From contig NMRA01000155.1 in NCBI GenBank assembly GCA_002633005.1, positions 68,727 through 132,726 of the forward strand: a stretch of 64,000 bases of DNA, read 5' to 3'. The stretch comes from Phoronis australis. Taxonomy: Eukaryota; Animalia; Phoronida. Position 1 is the stretch's first letter, and each line of letters starts with the position of its first letter. Below, piece by piece: positions 1 through 13,100 of the stretch. The notes below the pieces were generated by a model. That model was not told where the DNA came from, made no database searches, and worked only from the letters and a program-made list of their open reading frames with translations. A program made the position numbers and the translations under genes.

Positions 1-822
1 ACCACGGGCATCATTGTCATTGGCTATGTTTACCTGTTGTGAATGCAAATTCATTCCTCGCCTCAGTTTAATCATGAGCAGTATCGTTACGATGAAACAA
101 ATTGCCCACGGAATTAGCACGCTTAAGAAAACTTTTACTGTTCTATACACACTGATTACTTCCTTTGATAGCACTCCGCTTGGTTCAATTTTTGGAGTGG
201 TCGTGTTATTACTTCGGTCAATACTGACAGAGAGGAAGTCTGGAAGGTTGAGAGCAATGGCGGATGCATAAATAATGAGGATAGCTCCGCGAATTCTGTT
301 GGTAGTGAGCCGACGTTGCGACTGTATGGGAAAATAGACAACCGCAAACCTAAACATGGCAACAAATAGCACGCACCAATTGGATGCTGCCAAGAACACG
401 TTGGCCGGCATGAAAAACGTGTGGTAATAGAGCGTCCAGAAAAAAGGCTCCGTTTCCGCGATAAAGTCTGTGTTTATCATAGAGAGCTTATGGTGAGAGA
501 AGAAGTGTAAGTTAAAAATTGCGACAATTAGCAGCATCATGAAGTCCGCCACCGCAAGACCTTGGAGAATAGTTGCTGTTGGGCTATTCAAACGCCTTCT
601 GGTGAGTATGATGAGATTAAGGATATTGCATATCATACCGACAACACAAATAGTAGGATTGATAATTCCTCCGAAGATAACAGTCACTTTTAAATTGAGA
701 TCAGTCATATTGCCTCCTCCTTTGGGGACAGTGGGTGAGGTTGTAGTGTTGTTTCCGGAACATTTGCTGAACAACGAAAGTGCGATGAAAGGTATCATCA
801 TCACACGGAGTGGAATTTCCAT
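1..822 (-). CDS. Class A (rhodopsin-family) GPCR, peptide-receptor-like (FMRFamide/GPR139-142 type); 3' end outside window
   Basis: Manual translation from ATG at 822 is open to the window edge (absent from the ORF track because it has no stop). Sequence: MEIPLRVMMIPFIALSLFSKCSGNNTT...TM1 IINPTICVVGMICNILNLIILTRRRLNSP, TM2 ILQGLAVADFMMLL, TM3 ANVFLAASNWCVLFVAMFRFAVVYFP, TM4 ILIIYASAIALNLPDF, TM5 VFLSVLIPWAICFIVTILLMIKL. N-terminal N-glycosylation sequons (NNT, NMT); ttttacag acceptor ~23 nt upstream of the ATG. Confidence 0.88.
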   Translation of the reverse strand, partial: MEIPLRVMMIPFIALSLFSKCSGNNTTTSPTVPKGGGNMTDLNLKVTVIFGGIINPTICVVGMICNILNLIILTRRRLNSPTATILQGLAVADFMMLLIVAIFNLHFFSHHKLSMINTDFIAETEPFFWTLYYHTFFMPANVFLAASNWCVLFVAMFRFAVVYFPIQSQRRLTTNRIRGAILIIYASAIALNLPDFLSVSIDRSNNTTTPKIEPSGVLSKEVISVYRTVKVFLSVLIPWAICFIVTILLMIKLRRGMNLHSQQVNIANDNDARG

Positions 823-2803
823 TTCTGGGAAGTTCTGTGCCCTGCTGTAAAATAAAGATAAATCAGATGAGACAATACACGCACTCCGGCACTGGAAACA
901 CGCACACCCAAAGTAAAAATGACAAAACCTATGACGACTGAGAATGTTGAGGGAAAGCGTAGCAATAACGGATGAACTTGAAGCACGTGCCAAACTCGAA
1001 CGTGTTTCATGTGTCGCTTTATAGATTTTGGGCATCGTCGCTTATTTTTTCAACTGTGGAAATCAAAACTGCCACTTTGCCAAGTTGTCTTGAGTTAGTG
1101 AACAGTGACGTTTTTTGAAATCTGTCGTAGTGACCTATATATCGTATGAGGTGAACCAGCTTTTAATTTCAGCATGAGGCCTGCGATCGATGCTGGCATT
1201 TCTGATAGTAGTGTACACTGTTTCCCAGTGCTACTTTTCGTAGCACTGGGAAAAACGTCATCGACGTGGCTTCCCATGTATTAATGGGATTTCCAACTGG
1301 CTGGGAAGATAGCATCTCTGCTTGATATTGAGGAATGTATTAGTGTACTTAGAAATGCCTTATTAGTTGACATGGCATTGCTGTAACCAAAAAGCAGATA
1401 AAGTCGAAGCATTCCACAAATTCGTGTTTTTGACACATGCCAGATTACAAGGCGCCAAGGAAAGCGGCAAAACGATTCACGATAATTGTCTGTCGTTCCC
1501 GTTCCAGATGTGTGCCACATGTACAAAACAAGGTATACATGTACACCTGTACGTGCATATGTACGCAGTCAATGCCACGGAATTCTACATGTACGTGTCG
1601 TTCATGATCACACACACATTAGGTGAGGCACCGACTTATGTTCGCTTTGATGTCAGTGCATAGGTTGCCTACAAATTCAATCATTATCTGGCGGATAAGA
1701 TCGATTGTTATATGACGTCAAATGCATTGTTCCGCAATGTGACGGGTGTAGATAATAGTACAAAGGGACGACAAACAGCATATCGTCAAATCAGCAAGAT
1801 TTCATGAGTCTTCACTACATAATTGAATAGCCCGTCGTGGGCATGTTCAAAGTTTAAATCTATGAACATGTGAAATATATGTTACAAGCTTTGTCAAAGC
1901 AGGCATTAGGTCATTACACAAGTAATATTTTGTGTAATACAATTGCACAATTTCGTAATCTGACTATTGGAACAGGTTTCGTGTAAAGTCTTTATAGTTT
2001 TTGAAAAGCTCCTTATTTGGCAATTAACATAATGTTAGGGTCACTTCCTCTTCAGCCTCGGTAACTGATCTTTAGGAAACCCTTTCAGTCGGTTCTTGTT
2101 GAATGAAAAATGTTTTGCACATCAACATTTGCGTGATCAAAAGTAAACACGGCTAAGGTCCTCACTTCAGCATGTACATATGTTTGTCACGGTAAGAGAG
2201 AAGCAACGAACACATGACAGCGTAGGCAAGTATCTAGGGTAAATACTGTGGCATATATTGTTGCTCTCGACACACGTTGTCTATCGGCCTACAATACATG
2301 CCGAATGCGACAATGTGTGCCGTTAACACCAACGCGTATTGTCGCACGGGCGACGTTAATATGCGTCGATGTTCATCTGAAAAATGGTGAGGACATAATT
2401 TATATTGTTGCACTCGGGCATATTTTGTCGCCCTGGAGACAACATGCAGCGAGCGGTACATTCAACGCCTGTCGTAACATAAGATAACATAGTCATTGTC
2501 TATTACAGGCGATTTTATTTGTGTCGCCGTTGTACTACAATGGCGTTTCACAAGCCACTTGTCCATGTAGGCAAAGATCTTGGGATATAGTATCTTTGAT
2601 GTAGGCGCCGTTGCGACAGTGGGTACTAGTGGCTTTCGTTCTGAGTTAGTATCATAAATTGTTGTGGTGCGTATAGTCAAACTTGCTGCAAACATCTCGG
2701 GGCCAACATTTCAAATGTCTAAGCCTCTGTGATAATAGGCAAACTTCAAAGTGTCAACCAGTGTTTCGGCCGGCAGCTAAATACTGAAAAAATATAATTT
2801 TAA

Positions 2804-3098
2804 AAGGATACTTAACCCTTTTTTGATCAACCCTCGTTCTCTCATTTGCTAATGCATCGTTGGCATCAATCTTGAAAGAATGTAAAAGCAGGAATCAACT
2901 AACAACTCTTACTCCCTAACTCAATTGATCTTTATGGTCTTTGGCGGGTGTTCTTTTCCCGCAGTTGTTGTGTGCGATGGCTTAAAGCGTAGATCACGCT
3001 TGCCCGTTTAGCAAACTTTGAAAGTTTTTAATTTTGCTCCAAAAGTCGTTTTTAGTATCTTTTATATAGCCTAGGCCCAAACCAGGTTTGGTATCATT
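2804..3098. mobile_element. Non-autonomous TTAA-flanked DNA element (Kolobok-type MITE), copy 1
   Basis: Ends read ttaa|aaggatac...gtatcatt|ttaa. Internal sequence (ctcgttctctcatttgct...aaagcaggaatcaactaa...aaaccaggtttggtat) matches the copy at 46419-46779. Confidence 0.65.
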
Positions 3099-3504
3099 TT
3101 AAGGGGCGTAAAAGAAGAGAAGCCTTCCTGCCAACCAAACAAATTTATATTCAAATGGTCACTTCACTTAATGAGTGTTGCTGATTCGCATTATTGGAGA
3201 ATGCTCTTACTTACTACTACATAGTGTATTTCAAAAATTCATAAGTTCGGGATCTCGGTGGAGCTGAAATTAATAAAAATAGCCATTTAATAACCCGGCA
3301 TGCCATTGGCAGTGCCTTTAGCTAACCAAGACACGGTAATTAACGTACAGACACACAAGTCTCAGCAGCAGTGCACTCTTTCCTGGTTCTACAAGCGGCT
3401 TAATTGTAATGTAGTAACATTCAGACACCTGCTACAAGAAGACGAACATACTAAATCGATGTACATGTATTCCACACAAAACGATTCATCAGTGTTTGCA
3501 GGTT

Positions 3505-3766
3505 CATGCGCGCACTCGGCACGGGGGTAGGGCTCGGGGGCTCGAAGGAGCTCCCCCATTTGGCGAACTGGGAAAAAAAGGTCCGCCGCAGAGAAACATG
3601 AAGTCCGAGAAAATGACACAAAAGCCCACTAAAAAGGCGGAGACACACAGTTCACAGTTCTGAAGGTAGTACCCCGTTTTTTTAGTCTTCCCGATTTTTT
3701 TGTTAGCAAAAGGTCCACTTAGTCAGAATCTCGAGCCCCCCATACTAAAGGCTGGGTGCGCGCATG
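3505..3766. mobile_element. MITE family A (CATGCGCGCACCCAG termini, 5-bp TSD)
   Basis: TIR catgcgcgcac...gggtgcgcgcatg; flanks aggtt/gggtt. Internal aaaaaggtccgcc.cagagaaaca...cactaaaaaggc is shared with the copies at 4756, 22364 and 57106. Confidence 0.8.
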
Positions 3767-4755
3767 GGGTTCATTTTTAGCATGTGTTTACTAGAAACTT
3801 CCAAACTGAGGGATGCGCTGTAATGCGCACCGTGACACACGGGTTTCTGCATGTCACAAGCTGCCCTGCATCCTTTCACAGGTGTTGACATTCTGCTGCA
3901 CAGGCGATGGCGCTTACTGTAGACTAAGCCCAGCACAGACTAAACTGTTCAGATCTGTTCTGGCTCATGATGCTGACACTCCAAAAACAGATCAATTTCA
4001 TCCCCCTCTGTCGTCAAAATAGTTGCTGTACTCCTTACGTCAGAAGAAGCGACACCAACCGGGCTACTGAGTCAACTAATGTGTCTTTCCAAATGAGAGA
4101 AAAATACACTTAACAACTTGGCTGTATTTTCGGTTACCACGCCCAAAAACCAAAGCGCGCTCCCAGGTGGCTGGAACAAGGCTACGGGTACATGTAGCAC
4201 TAGTTTTTAACCACGGTTAAATTTACCATCTCCGCTAAGTTCACTAAAACTTGGTGCCTGCTGGGGGTAGCTGGGCATTTTGAGTTTAGCATTGCACGTG
4301 AAGGTTGTGAATGGTATTGGTTTGATTTTGACTCTCAGAATCAGACATTGCCAGTTGTTTATCCCATTCACCCATCTTTTGCTCAGTCGTAACTTTAACT
4401 TTCTTTAACATTTTAAGTGGGAATTTTGCAGGAATTTACCCCCGAACCTTTTAAGATTATGCGCACCGTGTTGAACAAAGAGATTGTCGCCTGCACTAAA
4501 TACACAGACCCACAGCACCGTAGTTGAATTCCGTAGACATAGGAATCTCGGCAGCGAGTAAATGCGTGATCACGAACTTCGCTTGGCGATATCATGAGAT
4601 AGACACATTTTGACCAATCAGCAACAAAACGACAAAATCCGTTTTTGTGATTTCATTACACATCGCCAATTATTGCCGTTGTCTGCCACACATTCACTGA
4701 AATCAAGGCCAACAAAGTGACGTTTGGTTGCGACCGTCATTTACAAAGAGTGCCG

Positions 4756-4981
4756 CATGCGCGCACCCAGGGGAAGTGAACAAAAAGGTCCTCCTCAGAG
4801 AAACAAAAACTCCGAAACAGGAGAAAACGAGACAAAAGTCCACTAAAAAGGCAGGAACTACCAAAATTCGGTGAATGCACAATTCATAGCTCTCAACGTA
4901 CCCTGTAAATTTTACTACTTGAAAAGGCCCACATTATCAAAAATTTGAGCCCTCCCCCACTTTTAAGACTGTGTGCTCGCT
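4756..4981. mobile_element. MITE family A copy (3' TIR degenerate)
   Basis: Starts catgcgcgcacccaggg; same internal blocks as 3505-3766. Confidence 0.7.
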
Positions 4982-6473
4982 TTGAGCGTGTACTTCACTC
5001 GGTAATCTCACGAGCTGTTTGTAGCCCACTTTTTTGCCTTTGGTGGCCTGATTCAATCTGCTTGCGGTGAGTTAAGTTAACGTTGAAATGGCAAAAAGAC
5101 CATTTCGCACGAAGTGGCAATTATGATAATATTTTAAGCGATTATTGCAGTTAAGGTCCATAGTAGATTGCGAACAGTATCCGGTTTGCCAAACCGTAAT
5201 TAACCCTTGACTAAAATCACTGGTCAAATCAATTCAATTCATCGTAATAAAACAACGGAATGAATAGCACTAAAAATACTTGTACATGGTGTTGGCAGAT
5301 AATAAGGTAATGGCCTTGCAAAGTAATGTCTCTTACATGACCTGGAATGTGTTGCGACAAGACTGGTTAATAACACCGAGTGTGTAATTTTTTGATATTA
5401 CATGGGCAAATCACAAAGTAGTGCAAAGTGGAAATGTATACGCCTAACATTTTATCGTCTGCAAAACACTAAAACAACCAAACGCGCGACAACCAAACAA
5501 CGTCGGAATTCCGAGAAGGTGCCAAGGTTATGATTGACAAATTCGGTGTCGCAACTGAATGTACTCCCGGTCGGAAGGACATGCAAACAACTTCTTAAAA
5601 GGACCCATGTTCGGCGGAAATTCCATATCCACATTCATTCAAATGGAGACGTGGTCCAACTCAAGAAACGCGGCGAGACTGGCTAGCTGTGCTGTGTCAA
5701 GGTCAATTCATAGTGATCACGCGCGGGAAAGCCTTGCTGACTGTTATTTATCAATATTTTTTAAGTTTTAATATTACAACTTAAAAGATTATTTATTAGA
5801 TTCTAAATCAGCCCGGCCAACCCGCGATCGAGAACGCCCGGAAGGCGATCGAGAACGAGACTTTGCACCAAAAATTGCAGACGACAGTCATGTACCCGGG
5901 GAGTTTAAGTGTCATTTTCTGCTTAAATAGAGGCCACTTTGGTACGAATGTTACACACAGAAAAGCGTCAGAGTGTAACCTTTGTTGTGAATCTGAAATA
6001 ATACTTGGCTTTTGCTTATTTTTTAAAATACAGAGCTCAGAAAGCAATGGCTTTCGGTAAAATGCCTTGCGCCTCGTAAAATCGACAATTTCTACTTGTC
6101 ATTAGCAATTCCAGGGTTCTTAAGAAGAGACGTGTGACGTTTATAGTTTAATCGTCCCTGGTGACACCTTTGTCAGTTATGACTTGTGAAACAATTTGAG
6201 ATATTTACCAATATTGTGTGAGAGGGCGATCGGAAACGATGTCGTTAATTCTCTATGGCGATCGTGAACGCAAAACAGCGATCGTGAACGTACATTTTTT
6301 CTCTGCATAGGCATGAATAGTCGTTCAAAATACGGTATTATGTCAATAATTTTAGAATAATACGGAGCCTGAATTAGTTGATGGGTTAATTATTAATTAC
6401 ATTTCATTTCTTCATTATTTCTAAGTGACACTTAGGCTAACAAATATAACTGAATACGTTTGATTTTTTTCAG

Positions 6474-6934
6474 TTGAACTGTAGCCACACGACGAGTCCT
6501 TCAGGGTGTTAACGTCCACGCCTTCAAGAATGAGTACTGACTGCTGCATGTCACAACGGAGTGTGTGTGTATGTTCTGGAGCCTCGTTCAGGAACTAAGA
6601 AATCGACTTAGTATGACCACATAGGACTAAAACACAGTGACACCACAGCAAAGCAAGACCTTTACCAGCCCTGTGATTGACGCGTTCATGCGTCAAGAAT
6701 TTTTTACCAATATAGTAAAACACAGCATGAAGCATCGTGCTCAGGCCCGGTCTCCAATCTCCGTACTCAGGTCGATTCAGTGCCCTGTCTGTGATCAACG
6801 TTTCATGGAAAGAGTAATCCTGATGCAACACTGCGTCACAGCACGAAGACACTCCTTTTTGTAGTGAATGTGGCATGCCATGCAAACAGTATGCCTCCTA
6901 CTACAGGCATAGCAAGCAGAAACGACATGAATGA
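6474..6934 (+). pseudogene. Decayed poly-C2H2 zinc-finger exon inside the 3-kb transposon
   Basis: Follows a tttttttcag acceptor. Joining frames gives CSGASFRTKKST*YDHIGLKH, ..PVIDAFMRQEFFTNIVKHSMKH, CPVCDQRFMERVILMQHCVTA(H) and CSECGMPCKQYASYYRHSKQKRHE*; needs about 3 frameshifts. Confidence 0.6.
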
Positions 6935-7616
6935 AATCATTAAGTCCAGTGCTGAAGGTTGTTAGGTCACTATAGTTTATTCAGATTTACTATACAAAGT
7001 CTGTGGTTGGTAGTTGACTGATCTGATAGTATTTTGACGTTTTGTTTTGAACCTTTTTTCCTCACGTTTCTTTCTATATTTGTGTTATTTCAAAAGGATC
7101 TTTAACAGAACCAGTACATTTTTGTAGTATTTAGGTAGATTTGAATGGCCATACTAAGTGTCATTGGGCAATACTTACATACAATTGTTCTGACCAATGA
7201 GTATTTTAAATGAAAATATATGTCTATGATTATTTTAGAAATTGCTTTCATAATGTAGTTGATTTCCTGTGAGAGACAGTTATACTATCAACCATTCCTA
7301 AATACATTGTCTATGATTCAGTGATGATTTAGTCTAATACATTCCAAAAGTAATTCGTTGGAAATGTTCAATGGATTTGTTTAGTTGATTTCCCTATAAA
7401 TAAAATTAAATATTTTTGTAAAACCATTTTTGAGGTACGTGTGATAAAAGATTAATATTATAATAGAAATGCTATAATATTGTTGATTTCCTGTGTAAAT
7501 CACTACAGTGTGTAGTTGAAGTGACGTTAAAGACATCATGTTGACTACGTTTTGAGAAAATCACAATGTAGTATGTGTATTATAACTCTTTTTCAATGTC
7601 ACATTAAACTCGAGAT

Positions 7617-8196
7617 CATGAACTGATGATGCAGGTGAACTTAGGACCAATACTACAAAACAGAAGAGTCGAACACAACGTACAGGCATTCAAGCCACAC
7701 GGTGCCACAAGTCAATCTGTTCATCTCTGTATCGATGTTATCAGTAAAACATCAAGTAAAATCCCACCCGTTTTATCAGCACACCAGTTTACACAACTTC
7801 TGGCCAATTTTTTTATCCCAGACGTCTATGAGTGAGAATCTTTGAATCATCTTGTGAAGTGTTGCCGCACTCCCCTCTTTCCATATGGGAAAGCTCATCA
7901 TCGTTCTTTGACTTTACTGGCTATATGTTATTTTTGTCCTTTTGCTGACACAATTTTTCAAGAAGATTCTTCATTCGCTTTTATCTCGGTGCTGCAACAA
8001 CTTGTTTACCCCTGGCTGACAGGCCACATGGAACAACTTCTGGGTGAGTCTTCAGTTTAGAAACCCTTGTTCCCAGTGGTTTGGTATAAAAGTAGATGCC
8101 TGGCCTGTACTTTTCAAAACTCTGGTCGGGTGTACCTTCACGTCGTGGGTAACATGTTCGTTGAAGCTCGCCTCACATTAACAGTGAACTTGTTTC
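7617..8196 (-). pseudogene. Decayed coding exon ending in a Cys-rich RING/PHD-like segment, convergent with the C2H2 remnant
   Basis: tttcag acceptor at ~8197. One frame has scattered stops (RTCYPRREGTPDQSFEKYRPGIYFYTKPLGTRVSKLKTHPEVVPCGLSARGKQ...). The end reads NRLTCGTVWLEC / ACTLCSTLLFCSIGPKFTCII across a frameshift. Confidence 0.35.
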
Positions 8197-9076
8197 CTGA
8201 AATGAGAATAAATTCGTTTGAGAAACTAAAATTATGCTTCATATACATGTAGTGCTCATGGCAAGTTAATGGAAATATGCTATGTTGTTGTTCAGTTTTG
8301 ATACGAAAGTAACACAGTAACGACACAAAATGTGATTTATTCATTGCACCACACTTATTTATCTTTTTCACGTTTTATAAGAAAATTATTACTGTTCGAC
8401 ACACCACAATGCGTTCCTGATCGCACAAACAAACACAAATTTGCGTTACCGATCGCTTATTGTTGCGTTCTCGATCGCATCTTTTAACAGAAAAGCGTCA
8501 AAAAATCAGAGATCCTGACTAAACTATAAAAACAAGCGTTGCGTTATACTTTCACACGTCATTTCTTCATAACTCCATGGTCAATTTATTGATTTAGTGC
8601 CAAAAATAACGGCAATTTGCAAATCACCTTCGGCTTAAGCGATGCCTCGGTCAACGTAACTGTTCTCCTATAATTGGGAGAGACATTAGCCTGAACCTCT
8701 ACCTGCCCTTCCTAAGTGTGTTTCGCCTTGAAGTTATCTCTCTGTTTTCACATTGGAAGTAAAAACAACGAAAATTCATCAAATTTACTCACCTTGCCTG
8801 GCTTCGCTTCTCGCACCAAATTTCGTTCTCGATCGCTTTCCGGACGTTCTCGATCGCGGGTTGGCTGGGGTGTAAATTGAATATTTGCTACGAAAGCTGA
8901 ATGCAAGTTACAACTGTTAAGCCGGCTTAAGATAAACCTATTAACAAAAAGTAACTGAATTGTTTTACATTGCGCAAGCGTATTTTTACAAAAGTTGCGT
9001 CGTGAGGTTGGAAGTTGTAGACATGTCGAGTTTTTCAGCAAAAAAAGATCGTTTTTACTGTTCACTTGAGAAAACA

Positions 9077-9203
9077 AATCCTACACTTGTCTCACTTTGA
9101 TGACATGGGCAAACCTCTTGGAAATTTCGTCAAAATCCCGAGGCCTGCAGACAATATTTCCAAGAGGTTTTGCCCTTGTCAAACGTGAGACTCGTGTAGG
9201 ATT
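9077..9203. repeat. Small imperfect palindromic (foldback) element
   Basis: aatcctacacttgtctcactttga..ggcaaacctcttggaaat pairs with atttccaagaggttttgcc..tcaaacgtgagactcgtgtaggatt. Confidence 0.7.
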
Positions 9204-10131
9204 CTCTATATACATATGCGTTAATTGATCACACTGAAACTGCGTAACTAACACCACAAAAGATTCATTTGAAACGATTTTTACTCTGAAAATATTTAAC
9301 TAAGCCCGGTGGAAATGAAAACGCCATGCGTTAACTACATGAACTCCCTGCACGCTTACTTTTTAATTTCGTACAAACTATTGTACTTTAAATATACTAA
9401 ACTTTACATCTTGCAATAGTTAGTTATTGAATGCGTTTTTGCCTTTGATATTGATACAATCTGTCTTACCTGAAATATTTGAATAACAACTATGAAATCG
9501 GTGAGAGAACAGCTGTAGGCCTACTGTTACGAATCCAAGTTGTACTCGACAGTTGGCTGGACCGGCGATCTCCTTAATAAGCCAATAAACTTAAGAGGGA
9601 TACGATTTCCATTCCCGCTTATCTATGTTTTCAGAGTTTTGTACTTGTCAAGGGTAACGTAAAAAATATGTTCTATTTTTCTCGGACTGCAGTTTTGATA
9701 GCTGTCGGGTTGTCAGAGTTACCGTCAAGGGCAACGGAATGCACCGATCACGTGCCGACAATCACGCCACTGGAGATTGCTTATTTAACTCTCTAGGGTG
9801 ATAAAACCAACCACAAACAGTATTACTAAATATCCTAACCAATCGGTTGGGAGTTAACCAACAGAAGGTCCGAATGCAGCCTGTTCTATCCCACCAGAGT
9901 CAAGAGTCTGGCCAGTTGCACTCAGGTCCCGCGCTGTGCTCTCTCATTCAGAGGGCAGAAATTGAATTCTCGCCGCAAAGTGTATAGTTCCCCGGTCACC
10001 TCTTGGATTACCGGCGGGCAAGAGCGTTTGTGAAGTCGCGAGTTGCTTTAATGTTTTTCTGACAACCCGGCCTTAAGGTCTTCAGACCTACCATGCTGTG
10101 ATATTAAAACATTAACTTTACTGGCAGAGAA

Positions 10132-13100
10132 ATAGGGCTAGGGGTAACAAACTGTGTTTTCCCAATAAACAGGTTCAAAATTAAGCAAATGTGATTAGAT
10201 CGTAGCCATCTCACTTACAGTAAATCTCAAAATGCCCGGTCAATCCAGCTGGCGTCAAATTCCTATGAAATTGGGAGATTTCGGTTGTGGTTCGAAAAAC
10301 CTATTAAGCGCCACCAAAAGTCAACGAGCCTATCGATGTTCTTTGCTTTAGAAAGTAACAGTTTTCAAACAACTTTGCTGTCGAATTTCAATCTGTCACA
10401 GTGCAACGCGTGTGCATGAGTTTGCATGCTATTTGTCACACGGAGGAAAGCTGTTTACGCACTTAACGCATTTTTTCTCGAATTGCTTGAATGAAATTTT
10501 GTCAAATGTGTCAGCTCGAATTTATAGATGTGTCCCTGTGGGCTTTCCATTGTTTTGTTTTTTTTGAGTCTTACTTTTTTAACATCAATTGTTCCTTATT
10601 ATCGTCAAATATGTACCCCGTGGAATTTCAAATCCAGACGAAAGGAGTTTCCAGGATCAGGTAACAAGTTTGTTCTTGCAATCTTTTGCTGGCGCTAACA
10701 GGTTAGAAACCAATCCGGCATTGCAGTAAACACACTGTCCTTGTTGAGCACAGCAGACAAAATGGCATCGTATTTTTTACGAAAAATTCAATTTCGGAAG
10801 CCAATTTGATAGAGAAATCAACCGTTTTAGTCTCATTAGTTATATCACAAACAATACCGTGCTTGCTGATAGTACAGAAATAATCTATTTTTGAAGTTGG
10901 CGCAAATCTAAGCAAGATTTTAAATCTCAATCTCCTAGTTTTCAAAACGCAGGCCTACCCTACATCAGCAGCGGTCAAGACGTTTCTCACAATACCGTTA
11001 AAGTTGAACCTAGGAACCTCTTTAAAATGCTTTTGAAACAGTACACGCTTCCCATATTACGGGAAGCTCGATGAAAACATTGAACCATTAATGAGGTGAT
11101 TTTAAAATCTTTGAGGACCATGATGTATTAGAAAGTTTGCTAAGCCCTTTTAAATAAATTCAATAGTAATAACAACAGCAACAATAAAATAATAATAATG
11201 ATAATAATAATAATTATTATAACAGTAATAATGATAATGGTTAACCAAATTCATGCCATATCAGCCCGGAGGATATACCTATAGAAGAGGTAGAAGAAAA
11301 GTGCCGCCTAAAAGGGTGCTTTTTCACAGACGGCAAAAACCTTGTCCAAAATGGCGCCATTTTTTATAAATACTATCTAAAAGCGTGCCTTTTCTGAACT
11401 TCTGGAACAGAACTGTGCAAAATGATGAATTACAAAATTTCTGCGAGCATTTGTCCGGACCGGTCTACCAAGGATTTTCGAAAGGTGCTTTAAATATGTT
11501 TAACTGCGCTAACCACAAGCACACCACATGTACAGTAGATTACATGTACNATAGGACAAGGGGTAACAAACTGTGTTTTCCCAATAAACAGGTTCAAAAT
11601 TAAGCAAATGTGATTAGATCGTAACCAACACACTTACAGTAAATCTCAAAATGCCCGGTCAATCCCGCTGGCGCCAAATTCCTATGAAGTTGGGAGAACT
11701 CGGTTGTGGTTCGAAAAACCTATTCAGCGCCACCAAAAGTCAACGAGCCTATCGATGTTCTTTGCTTTAGAAAGTAACAGTTTTCAAACAACTTTGCTGC
11801 CGAATTTCAATCTATCTGTCACAGTGCAACGCGTGTGCACAACCAAGACACCAGGCGTTGGCAAAACATAACGAGGTACAGCAGTCAGGTGGGAAGTGGG
11901 ATTTCTATTGAAAGTGACGTGTGCAGTACAGTGTATACGCAAGTTTGTTGTTAAGTTTGCCCTTGACGTCACTATTCAGTCCTGTTTATTGGCACCAGGA
12001 CATGTTCAGTTTTTATTATCAGCAATAACAAAACACGTTCCGCATTGGTTGCTTACATAGTCTAGCATCTTGCTACTGTCCTGCTCCGTTGTTATGCCAT
12101 CCAAGCATACAACACTGGGCCTATACTTCTTGTGCGTATTGTTTGAGAGTTGCGATGAGTGCAAAAGCACTGATACACCGTAAAATGTAACAATTTCGTA
12201 AAATGTATTGTTACATTTTTGATATAACAACTGTTACATTCTGTTACATTTTGCGTTGCTAGGCATCTCCTAAAATATAACAAGTTGCTACGTTTCATGT
12301 CGTTATTACATTTGACATCGAATGCAAATGCGAGAAATGCACTGTACCATTGTTACATTTTGCGAAAGTGACGTCATTTTTCATGATTTTGCATGCAATT
12401 TGTCACACGGAGGAAAGCGGTTTACGCACTTAACGCATTTTTTCTCGAATTGTGTGAATGAAATTCTGTCAAATGTGTCAGCTCGAATTTATAGATGTGT
12501 CCCTGTGGGCTTTCGATTGTTTTTTTTTTAGTCTTACTTTTTTAACATCAATAGTTCCGTATTATCGTCAAAAATGTACCCCCGTGGAATTTCAACTACA
12601 GACGAAAGGAGTTTCCAGGATCAGGTAACAAGTTTGTTTTGGTTAAAGCTTTCTTTTAGTGTTGGCGCTCACAGGTTAGAAACCAAACCGGCATTTCAGT
12701 AAACACGCTGTCCTTGTTGAGCACAGCAGACAAAATGGCATCGTATTTTGGCTTATATTTGTCGTATTTTTCACAAAAAAAATTCAATTTCGGAAGCCAA
12801 TTTGATAGAGAAATCAACCGTTTTAGTCTCATTAGTTATATCACAAACAATACCGTGCTTGCTGATAGTACAGAAATAATCCATTTTTGAAGTTGGCGCA
12901 AATCTAAACAAGATTTTAAATCTCCTAGTTTTCAAAACGCAGGCCTACCCTACATCAGCAGCGGTCAAGACGTTTCTCACAATACCGTTAAAGTTGAACC
13001 TAGGAACCTCTTTAAAATGCTTTTGAAACAGTACACGCTTCCCATATTACGGGAAGCTCGATGAAAACATTGAACCATTAATGAGATGATTTTAAAATCT

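Larger units (their letters stand above)
5809..8872. mobile_element. 3.06-kb non-autonomous DNA transposon: ~50-bp TIRs, 5-bp TSD TAAAT, decayed convergent coding remnants
   Basis: Left end taaat|CAGCCCGGCCAACCCGCGATCGAGAACGCCCGGAAGGCGATCGAGAACGA. Right end as reverse complement CACCCCAGCCAACCCGCGATCGAGAACGTCCGGAAAGCGATCGAGAACGA, followed by taaat. Subterminal GCGATCGnGAACG-like repeats at ~6227-6290 and, inverted, at ~8411-8478. Confidence 0.85.

Noticed and set aside
5809-8872. ProtoRAG/RAG1-RAG2 transposon
   Set aside because: The 5-bp TSD and convergent genes fit, but there is no RSS-like heptamer/nonamer, RAG1 core or kelch repeat that I can recognise; kept only as unclassified.
9704-10072. 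Solo LTR (TGTCAGA...TCTGACA)
   Set aside because: The flanks are inverted (cgggt/acccg) rather than direct, so it is at most a short-TIR element; no TSD.
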